64,000 bases of DNA from Vicinamibacterales bacterium (lineage in GTDB: Bacteria > Acidobacteriota > Vicinamibacteria > Vicinamibacterales > JAMQPK01). Under the pieces are notes generated by a model. That model had not been told where the DNA came from. It made no database searches and was given only the letters and a program-made list of their open reading frames with translations. Numbering within the stretch: position 1 is the stretch's first letter; each line of letters opens with the position of its first letter. Location: positions 1,385,564 through 1,449,563 of the forward strand of contig CAWAKJ010000002.1 in the NCBI GenBank assembly GCA_963782595.1. The letters are read 5' to 3'. Shown here piece by piece: positions 1-9,100 of the stretch. Made by a program: the position numbers and the translations under genes.

Positions 1-1
1 C

Positions 2-649
2 GGTCCTGTCATCGGCGTCGATGCCGCCGAGCAGGCGAAGCACGTCGAGGCGGCGAGGCAACTTAGTCTGAGCCTGCTCTACTGGCTCCAAACCGAAGCC
101 CCGCGGTCCGACGATGGCATCGGATATCCAGGCTTACATCTTCGGCCCGACGTCGTCGGCGGCACCGCCGATGGGCTCGCACCCGCACCTTACGTCCGCG
201 AAACGAGGCGGCTTCGTGCGGAATTCACGGTTGTCGAGCAGCACATTGCGCATCCGCTCAGGCCGGACGGTCCGGAGATCTTCAGCGATTCGGTCGGGAT
301 TGGCTGTTATCGGATCGACCTCCATCCTCGCGTGAGTGGAGCTGGCTATCTAGACATGGGTTGCTGGCCGTTCCAGATTCCGCTTGGGTCGATGATCCCG
401 GTGCGGGTCGAAAACCTGCTCCCCGGCGGCAAGAACCTGGGCGTGACCCACATTACCAACGGCGCCTTCCGCGTGCATCCCGTCGAGTGGAACATTGGCG
501 AGTCAGCGGGACTTCTTGCCGCGTTCTGCCTCGAACGACACACCCTGCCGAGGGTCGTGAGGCACCGTCCCGCGCTCCTCGAAGAATTTCAGGCACTCTT
601 GTGCAGCCAGGAGATCGAGCTCCGCTGGCCATCTCTTTCCCCGGTGTAG
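2..649 (+). CDS. FAD-dependent oxidoreductase (FAD_oxidored family), 5'-truncated by window edge
   Basis: Frame 2 is open from base 2 to TAG at 649; motifs [48 protein letters not shown] are typical of this family's C-terminus. Confidence 0.8.
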   Translation, partial: GPVIGVDAAEQAKHVEAARQLSLSLLYWLQTEAPRSDDGIGYPGLHLRPDVVGGTADGLAPAPYVRETRRLRAEFTVVEQHIAHPLRPDGPEIFSDSVGIGCYRIDLHPRVSGAGYLDMGCWPFQIPLGSMIPVRVENLLPGGKNLGVTHITNGAFRVHPVEWNIGESAGLLAAFCLERHTLPRVVRHRPALLEEFQALLCSQEIELRWPSLSPV

Positions 650-658
650 AGGTTCATC

Positions 659-1825
659 ATGGATTCGTCCATCCGACTGCAAATCGCCATTTCGGGCTCG
701 TACGGCGGAATGAATCTCGGCGACGAAGCGATTCTTGAAGGGATTCTGCGCCAACTGCGCGCGACGGTGCCTGCCGACATCCTGGTCCTGTCGAAAAACC
801 CGGCCGACACACTGGCCCGCCACGACGTGGAACGTGTGATTGCGCCGCGGTCGCTCACAAGACGAGAGATGGCCGCGGAGATACAGCGCCTTGATCTGCT
901 GATTCTCGGCGGTGGGGGCATTCTCTACGATCGAGATGCGGAAGAATACGTGCGAGAGGTGTTCATTGCCCACGAACTGAACGTACCCGTCTTCGTGTAT
1001 GCCATCAGTGCGGGCCCCCTGACAGAGCAGAGGGCGAGACACGCCGTTCGTGATGCGCTGAACGCGGCACCCTCCACGGTGGTGACCGTGCGGGATCGCC
1101 TGGGACATCGCCTGCTCGAAGATGTCGGCGTGACCCGGGAGATTCACTTGACCGCGGATCCCGCGTTCCTGCTCGAACGAGAGACACTGCCGGCTGACGC
1201 GTTGAGAGCCGAGGGCGTCGACGTCACCAGGCGGCTGGTTGGATTCTCCGTCAGAGAGCCAGGTCCAGCCGCACCCGACATCAACCCGGACGAATACTAT
1301 GGGTTGCTGGCCAACGCGGCCGACTTCATGATCAAGCGATACGATGCCGATGTCGTCTTCGTGCCGATGGAGAAGACCGATGTCCAGCACAGCCATGCCG
1401 TCGTCGCGCACATGCAGAAGGCCGAGAGCGCGGAGATTCTGAGGCAGCGTTACACGCCGCGGCAACTCATCGACGTGATGGGCCATTTCGAGTTTGCGGT
1501 GGGAATGAGGCTGCACTTCCTCATCTTCGCCGTTCTGTGCGGAACGCCGTTCACCGCGCTGCCGTATGCGTCGAAGGTCGCGGGATTGCTCGAGGATCTC
1601 GAGATGGAGATGCCTCCGCTGGGCAGCATCGGCATCGGCCAACTGATCGCCCAAATCGATCGGTCATGGGACACGCGCGACAGCATTCGAACGGCCATCG
1701 ACGCCCATCGCTCCAAACTGAGGGCGAGAGCGGCGCAGACCAACGAGCTGCTGCTCGAGGTGCTTCGAGAGCGGGCCGATCAACCAGTTCCAGTTGCGCA
1801 GGCTGGTCACACCGCCGATCGGTAA
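659..1825 (+). CDS. Polysaccharide pyruvyl transferase family protein (CsaB-like)
   Basis: GSYGGMNLGDEAIL, LILGGGGILYD, VTVRD and GMRLHFLIFA motifs. Confidence 0.85.
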   Translation: MDSSIRLQIAISGSYGGMNLGDEAILEGILRQLRATVPADILVLSKNPADTLARHDVERVIAPRSLTRREMAAEIQRLDLLILGGGGILYDRDAEEYVREVFIAHELNVPVFVYAISAGPLTEQRARHAVRDALNAAPSTVVTVRDRLGHRLLEDVGVTREIHLTADPAFLLERETLPADALRAEGVDVTRRLVGFSVREPGPAAPDINPDEYYGLLANAADFMIKRYDADVVFVPMEKTDVQHSHAVVAHMQKAESAEILRQRYTPRQLIDVMGHFEFAVGMRLHFLIFAVLCGTPFTALPYASKVAGLLEDLEMEMPPLGSIGIGQLIAQIDRSWDTRDSIRTAIDAHRSKLRARAAQTNELLLEVLRERADQPVPVAQAGHTADR

Positions 1826-1862
1826 CGTAGAACAGAAAGTGAAGGCTTCCGCTCACTTTGTA

Positions 1863-1918
1863 CGTAGTGTCCGCCTTCAGGCGGACCGGGTGAAGTCCGG
1901 CTAAAGCCGGACACTACG
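1863..1918. repeat. GTAG-type REP doublet (palindromic repeat)
   Basis: CGTAGTGTCCGCCTTCAGGCGGAC...GTCCGGCTAAAGCCGGACACTACG; related copies at 21875 and 57151. Confidence 0.8.
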
Positions 1919-2039
1919 TCGAAGCTGAACTTCCTTCTGCAAACGCGATGACCGTCCCCTGACCCCCTGTTCTGTTCTGAAAAGCGCTGTCATCAAATCG
2001 ACTTAGATCCATTATCAGAATGGTTGTCTAAGCACGATC

Positions 2040-2888
2040 ATGCGAGCTGAACAAGTGACCGACCCCGTGGCTTATCACGGCGAAGGTCCGGTCTGGTCTG
2101 AGCGTTGGGGCGGACTGCGTTGGGTGGACATGCTGGCTGGCGACATCTTGTCGCTGACTGCCGACGGTGAAGTAGGCCGTCAGCATGTTGGTAATGTCGC
2201 CGCAGCCGTCCGACCACGCCGCAAAGGTGGCGCCGTTATCGGCGTCGAGCGGGGCTTTGCGCTGGAGGACACGGACGGAGCAATAACATATTTGGGCGAG
2301 CTCTGGACGAACGATGGCGTGCGAATGAACGAAGGCGGTTGCGATCCGGACGGTCGCTTTTACTGCGGCTCGATGGCTTATGACCAGCAGCCGGGCGCGG
2401 GCGCGCTCTACCGGCTCGACGCGGACGGCTCGGTGCGCGTGGTGCTGAAGCATGTCACCGTCTCGAATGGACTCGAGTGGAGTCCGGACGGCTCACGCGT
2501 CTATTACAACGACACGGCGACTCATCAAGTGTCCGTCTTCGACTATGACGGCGTGAACGGATTGACCGGGCGACGCGTGCTCGTTGACCTTTCAGCCGAG
2601 TCCATGCGTCCCGATGGATTGACGGTTGACGCAGAAGGCGGCGTCTGGGTCGCGCTCTCCAACGGCGGCGTAGTGCGCCGGTACACCCCGGACGGCGTAC
2701 TCGATGAGGTGGTCGAGCTGCCCGCAAGAAAAGTCACCGCCTGCGCATTCGGTGGCTCGCGGCTGGACCAGTTGTTCATCACCACATCGCGGGAAGGTAT
2801 CGCTCGCGGCAGCGACCCATTGGCTGGCTCACTGTTCCGGGCGCTCGTCGATGTGAGAGGTCTTCCGGTTCGTGAGTTCGCCGGATAA
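2040..2888 (+). CDS. SMP-30/gluconolactonase/LRE family sugar lactonase
   Basis: HGEGPVW, RMNEGGCDPDGRFYCGSM, SNGLEWSPD, PDGLTVDAEGGVWVA, TACAFGG. Confidence 0.9.
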   Translation: MRAEQVTDPVAYHGEGPVWSERWGGLRWVDMLAGDILSLTADGEVGRQHVGNVAAAVRPRRKGGAVIGVERGFALEDTDGAITYLGELWTNDGVRMNEGGCDPDGRFYCGSMAYDQQPGAGALYRLDADGSVRVVLKHVTVSNGLEWSPDGSRVYYNDTATHQVSVFDYDGVNGLTGRRVLVDLSAESMRPDGLTVDAEGGVWVALSNGGVVRRYTPDGVLDEVVELPARKVTACAFGGSRLDQLFITTSREGIARGSDPLAGSLFRALVDVRGLPVREFAG

Positions 2889-2935
2889 TACGTCCCCTCG
2901 TCGAGCGTTCGCGGGCTGACCAGAAAGAAACAATC

Positions 2936-4375
2936 ATGATGAAACGACTATTACTGCTCGGCGCGACGGGCGATCTCGCCGGACGCTTTCTGCTGCCCGC
3001 CCTCGCGGAGCTTTATAACGAGGGCAATTTGCCCGAAGGCTTCAGTATCGTCGGCGCCGCCGTGGAAGACTGGGACGACGAAACGTTCAGGCAGCACGCC
3101 GTCCAAAAGCTCGAACAGCACACCGCGACGGACGTGTCGGCAGCTTCGCGCGAAGCGGTCGTGCGCGCGCTTCACTATCGGAAGATTGATTTCAATGACG
3201 CGAGCAGCATCGCCGCAGCTCTCGTAAATTCGGGCGGCGAATCTTCAGCCGGTGATGGAGCGGAGCCGGTCGCGGCGTATCTGGCGCTGCCGAGCGGGGT
3301 GTTTCCCGCCGCGGTGACAGCGCTCGGAGCGGTTGGGTTGCCGAAAGGCAGTCGCATCGTGCTGGAGAAGCCGTTCGGCGAGAGTCTCGAAAGCGCGGTG
3401 GCGCTGAACGCCCTTCTGAAGCGCGTGTCCGGTGTCGCCGGCGAAAAGGCTGTGTTCCGGGTCGACCATGCCTTGGGACTGGCGACGGTGCAAAACCTGC
3501 TCGGCGTGCGGCTCGCCAATCGCGTATTCGAGCCGATTTGGAACAGCGCCCACATCGAACAGATTGACATCATCTGGGATGAAACGTTGGCGCTGGAGAA
3601 TCGAGCCTCTTACTACGACCGCGCCGGTGCGCTCAGGGATGTTGTTCAGAATCATCTGCTGCAAATCTTGTGCATCATCGCCATGGAGCCGCCATTCACC
3701 ATCGGTGAGCGAGATTTGCGCGACGGCAAAGCCGACGTGCTGCGCACGGTGCGCCCGCTGACTCCGGCTGACGCCGCGCGGCAGTCTCGCCGCGCTCGCT
3801 ACACCGCCGGTCGGCTGGCGGCCACCGGCGGGGCGGACGGGCGCAGTGTTCCGGCTTACGTCGAGGAGAAAGGGGTGGACCCGGCGCGCGAAACCGAAAC
3901 CTTCGCCGAGATCGCGCTGGAGCTCGACAGTTGGCGGTGGGCTGGCACTCGCTTTGTGCTGCGAACCGGCAAGGCGCTTTCGCAGCGGCGCAAGGAAGCC
4001 GTCGTGCGATTTCGTCCGGTTCCGCATCTGCCGTTCGGTGGCGATGTCGCCAGACCCGCTGCCGATGAGCTGCGGATCGGACTGGACGGTCCCTACGATT
4101 TCACGCTGTGTCTGACGGGCCTGGAAGCCGGGTCGCCACCGCGTCTCGTGCCGATGACTCTCACCGCAAGACTTCTCGCGCCCGAATTGCCCGCGTACAG
4201 CCGCGTTTTGATGAACGTTCTAACCGGCGACAGCGCCTTGTCAATCAGGGGCGACGAAGCTGAAGACGCGTGGCGCGTCGTCACTCCCGTGCTGGAAGCG
4301 TGGGCTGATGGACGAGTGCCGATGGAGGAGTATCCGGCCGGCTCCGATGGACCGCTTTCGACGGCAGAGGCTTAG
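2936..4375 (+). CDS. zwf: Glucose-6-phosphate dehydrogenase family protein (atypical active-site motif)
   Basis: GATGDLA, VLEKPFG, RVDHALG, YYDRAGALRDVVQNHLLQ, RTGKAL. Confidence 0.85.
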   Translation: MMKRLLLLGATGDLAGRFLLPALAELYNEGNLPEGFSIVGAAVEDWDDETFRQHAVQKLEQHTATDVSAASREAVVRALHYRKIDFNDASSIAAALVNSGGESSAGDGAEPVAAYLALPSGVFPAAVTALGAVGLPKGSRIVLEKPFGESLESAVALNALLKRVSGVAGEKAVFRVDHALGLATVQNLLGVRLANRVFEPIWNSAHIEQIDIIWDETLALENRASYYDRAGALRDVVQNHLLQILCIIAMEPPFTIGERDLRDGKADVLRTVRPLTPADAARQSRRARYTAGRLAATGGADGRSVPAYVEEKGVDPARETETFAEIALELDSWRWAGTRFVLRTGKALSQRRKEAVVRFRPVPHLPFGGDVARPAADELRIGLDGPYDFTLCLTGLEAGSPPRLVPMTLTARLLAPELPAYSRVLMNVLTGDSALSIRGDEAEDAWRVVTPVLEAWADGRVPMEEYPAGSDGPLSTAEA

Positions 4376-4376
4376 C

Positions 4377-5666
4377 ATGGCGAATTCAACAACCAATACG
4401 CGGTACGTCACGATGGTGGCTGCCGGCGCCGCCCTCGGCGGGTTTCTCTTCGGCTTCGACACGTCGACGATGAACGCGGCGATTAACGGCATCCGCCCGA
4501 CGCTCGACCTCAGCGCCGGGGCAGTTGGTTTCATCGCTGCCATCGCGCTCATCGGCGCCGCCATCGGGGCGTGGTTCGCGGGTCCGGTGTCAGCGAGGTT
4601 AGGTCGCAACCGGGTGATGTCCATCGCAGGCGCGCTGATTGCGATCGGCGCGTTGGCTGTCGCGCTTAGCAATCAATTGGTGCTGCTGGGTTTGTTCCGG
4701 CTCATGGTCGGGTTAGGGATAGGCGCGGCGAGCGCCGTGGTGCCTCCGTACATCTCCGAGGTCTCGCCGCCGGGCATTCGGGGACGACTCGGCTCGTTGT
4801 GGCAGTTCGCCATCGTCATCGGACAACTGCTCGGTTTGTTCGCGGCTTACGGGCTGACGTGGTCGGCTGGGTCGGAGGCCGCCCCTTTGTTCTTCGGCGC
4901 GGCGGCGTGGCGCTCGATGTTCGTCGTGGTTGCCATCCTCGCGGGAGGCTATCTCTTCATCTCTCGGTTGTTACCTCAATCGCCGCGAGACTTGCTGCGT
5001 CACGGCAACGAAAACGAGGCGAGAGCGTTGCTGACCAGGATAGGCGGCGAATCGGTGAACGGGCGGGTCGCTGTCATCCGTGAGGCACTGGGGGAAGAGG
5101 GCAAGGTCGCGACGGTCAAAGATTTGCGCGGCTCTACCTTCGGGCTGAAGGCCATCGTCTGGACAGGGATTCTGCTAGCCGCATTCCAGCAACTGGTCGG
5201 CATCAGCGTCGTCAAGACCTACTCGAACGCCTTGTGGCGATTGGTCGGGTTTTCCACGGGCGCGTCATTCACCATCAGCATCGTCACCGTCCTCGTCAGC
5301 GTCGCCTCGACGGTCGTGGCGATTGTGATTATCGATAAGGTCGGTCGGCGGACGCTGCTCCTCACCGGTGCGGGAACAATGGCGTTGGCGTTGGCGACGC
5401 TGGCGGTGTGCTTCGCGACGGGGACGGGCAGCGGCGACGACGTGAGCCTTAGTCGTGGGGCCGGCATCACCGCGCTTGTCGCAATCAACGTGTTCGCCGT
5501 CGCGTTCGGAGTGACTTGGGGACCGGTGATGTGGGTGATGTTGAGCGAGCTGTTCGACGGTAATCTCCGAACTGCCGCCGTCTCCGTCTGCACCGCAGTC
5601 AATTGGATGACCAATTGGTCCGTCACCCGAACGTTCCCATTGTTCGCGGGCGTCGGATTCGGTTAA
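4377..5666 (+). pseudogene. MFS sugar porter, apparently lacking the last transmembrane helix and PETKG tail
   Basis: GGFLFGFDT, PYISEVSPPGIRGRLGSLWQ, FQQLVG, DKVGRR, GPVMWVMLSELF; the ORF stops at FPLFAGVGFG where the integrase remnant ends; ATG at 4377 chosen. Confidence 0.7.
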
Positions 5667-5839
5667 GAAATCTGACGGGTTGGATCAGCTGGGAGACGTG
5701 TGGCGGTGAAAGTGTGATCGCTTTCATGATCACGCGAAATGTCGAGACGTGCCGCTGCGTCTTTCAAATCGCTACCGCAGACGATGTCATACCTCGCAAA
5801 TACACTCGCGGTTTTGTGGCCGGTCAACCTCGACGTCAT
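5663..5839 (-). pseudogene. Tyrosine recombinase/phage integrase C-terminal remnant
   Basis: Minus strand translates as MTSRLTGHKTASVFARYDIVCGSDLKDAAARLD..., matching the integrase box II region (GH...RY catalytic Tyr); TAA at 5663-5665. Confidence 0.75.
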
Positions 5840-6166
5840 CGACCCCGTCGGTGTAACGCAACTGTTCCGGTTGCTGGAGTCCAGCGACTCGACAGAATAG
5901 ACTCGGGACCGCTCCTGCGTCCCGTCCGAGACAACCTAACCAGCGATAGAGCGGGCAGGCGACCGCCCTTTCGAGCCGAAGTCGGGCGCAAACAAGCCAT
6001 TGAAGGACCTACCGCGTACAATCTGTGGCACTCGACGCTCACAATGGTGCAATCGCGCATGATTGGTAGACCCAAGTTGCGACCAGTCGCTTCAGCAGGG
6101 AGAGAGACTGCGAGCGCAGTCTCGGGTCGGTCGGATGCCTCCCGTCCAGTCCCCGGACGACTCGAG

Positions 6167-9100
6167 ATGCCGCCAACCCAGTCCGTCGATCCGCCAGTCC
6201 AGACTCTCGCGCAAACGCTGCCTGTCGCGGCCCTGAGATGGGAAGACTTTGAACGTCTTTGCCTTCGGCTCGCCCGGTTAAACGCATCGGTCGAATATTG
6301 TCAGCTGTATGGTGTCCGGGGACAGAAACAGGAGGGCATCGACCTTTATGCACGGAGCAACGGCGGCGGCGATTACGCTGTCTATCAGTGCAAGCGGGTG
6401 GCCCGATTCGGTCCAGGCGCCATAGAGAGCGCGGTTAGAGCATTCCGACGAGGTACCTGGTTTGAAAGAGCTTCAGCGCTATACATCTGCACCTCCGATG
6501 ACGGATCGAAAGTTCGGACGGTGGAGGAATTTGAGCGTCAACAGAGGGCTCTGCGAAGGCACGGGAAGTCCCTCGTACTGTGGGACGTGGGTGAGCTGTC
6601 ACGGGCCCTCAAGAACGAACCGCTAATCGTTGATGACTTCTTTGGTCGTCATTGGACTAACGCTTTCTGTGGTGAGCCGGCCGCGACCGCACTCGGCGGG
6701 CGGCTTGATGCCGCAGCAGTTGTAGCATTTCGGAGTCGCCTCCGGAGCTTTTACACCGATGTGTTCAACGGCCATGATCCCGGGATTCCGATTCCACCGC
6801 GCCCAGGAAAGGCGCCGATTCCACTTCAAGAGCGCTACGTTCTTCCAGATGTCCTGGTTTCGCAAATCGTGCGATCGTCGACGTCGTCACGTGAGCCCAG
6901 CGAGATCGCTCTAAGCTCGCAACCAGACCGACGTTCAGCCACCGCTGCGCCCAGTATCCAGCGCGAACGCGAGCAGCTGACAACTTGGCTCGCTAAAGCC
7001 GACCACAGCATCATTCTTGGCGCACCAGGCTCTGGGAAGAGTTCTTTCCTCCGGTACCTCGCGCTTGACCTGTTATGCGACGAACCTCAATTTGAAGAAC
7101 TGGCTCACCGTTGGGGTCAACGCCTGCCGGTCTGGATACCATTTGCCTTCTGGTGCCAGCAGGTGTCGTCCGGTGCTGAGCCCTCGCTGCGCGAATGTGT
7201 GCGCCGCTGGCTTTCGCAGTGGAGCATGAACGAACTGTTCCCACTGGTTGATGCGGCAATACAGGATCACCGGCTTCTGCTTCTGGTGGACGGCATTGAC
7301 GAGTGGACTTCCGAGGATGCAGGGCGGATTGTCTCCCATTTACTCCAAGGCTTCGCGACTCTTCATCGCGCGGCCGTTGTCGTTACGAGTCGACCCTACG
7401 GCCTGCAACGCATCTCATTCACGGGAGCGAGCTGGCAGGTGGCTGAACTAGCTCCGCTATCCGCAAGGCAGCGTGAGGAACTCTGTCGGCAGTGGTTCTT
7501 GCTGAAGGCCACCAGAGACGTATCAGAGCGCGAGGAAATCGCGAGTGCGTCGGCAACGTATGCGACCCGTGAGGCAGAACGGCTCACTGCCGAGCTTGCA
7601 CGGTCCTCCGAGCTGGCTCCGCTATCCACAGTTCCGCTTCTGCTTCTCTTGTTGATATTCATGCGGTTTCAGAGGACGGCGCTCCCAAGAGGACGCTTCG
7701 ACGCGTACGATGGGATGCTTGATCATGTCTTGCGCGAGCACCCCAAGGCAAAACGTGTCGCCGCATCGATCACTGATGATGGAGACCTGTTGGACGAAGT
7801 GTCCACCCGACAGGCCCTTGCAAATCTCGCTTTCGTCGTGCAGCGCGAACATCCAGACGGCGTGATAGCCGATGCGCAATTTGAATTGGTGGTTCACGCG
7901 TTCTTAACGGACAGAGCCGATACGGGGCTAGGGCTGTCACCCGTCGAGGCGAATCGATACCTACCCCAGTTCTCACGCCTAGCCGAAGGTACGCTCGGAG
8001 TGCTGATCCGCCAAGGTACCCACGATCTGAGCTTCATTCATCGTTCCTTCCAGGAATATCTTGCGGCGGAGCACTTGGCGCGACTTCCTGTCGCCACGCA
8101 GGAGCAAATACTCGAGAGTCATTGTCGGGTCCCTCAATGGCGTGAGGTTATTCTGGGTCTCTTCTCCAAGATGTCCAGACCTGACGATGTGCGTCGACTG
8201 GTGGAGGTAATCGAGCCGCACTCGGACGAGTCGGTTTCGGGTCTCGCGGTGAGGGAGTTACTAGCCGAGATCGCTTTTGGCGAGTTCGGTGTGCCGCCGG
8301 ACGTTGTCGACCGTGTAACCGCTGAAGCGCTGACGCGGATCGAGCGTCACTTCTGGCTGCCGCACCGGCAGCGACTTCTAACCTCTGCCCTGGACGGACT
8401 ACGGTCAACACGGCTACGTGAACGCGTCCATCGCCGGATACGCCGCTGGGTGTTTGACCGAGGCGTGTGGTCTGACTGGAGCGACCCCATGTCGCGGTGG
8501 CCATACGACGAGAACGTGGTATCAGGGCTGATCAGCGCACTCCACAGTGAGAGTGCGCATATACAACGTGGAGCAAGTCGCGCGCTCGCCGGACTCGCCA
8601 CCAATGTTCCCGCAGTAGGCGACATCATGGCATCGCTTGCGACAGCGGCTGCGTCGCCACTGGCGCGAGCAGCTGCCCTTAACGGATTGCATCAAGGATG
8701 GCCCGCACACTTACAGCTGGATTCGGCGATCAAGCACGCCCGGGAGTCCATCTGTGGTGAGCTTCGTCTCACCGCGATAGGCGCCCTTGTGCATCGAGCA
8801 GAGCACGTTGAAAGAGACCTTGAGGAGTTGCTTGCCCTCGGGGATCACGATAACCAATGGGAATTGGATTACGCGTGGCGATCTGACGTTGCAGAGCTAC
8901 TGACACTCGGCTGGCCGGCCAATCCCCGGCTCAAAGAAATCTGTTTGAAAGCGACGAACCGGTGGATGACGTCCGATGGAAGGCTCGAACGAAAGATTGC
9001 GTGGGAAGTCCTGCTCAGAGCCTTTCCTGGCGACTTGGATGTGTCTCAGCGATGTGTTGATGAGATCAACCACGAAGACCACCCGTTCAGCGGCGCGCAC

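Noticed and set aside
5603-6166. N-terminal 188 codons of the 1805-aa ORF
   Set aside because: They overlap the MFS end and the antisense integrase remnant and lack protein-like motifs; the true start is more likely near 6167
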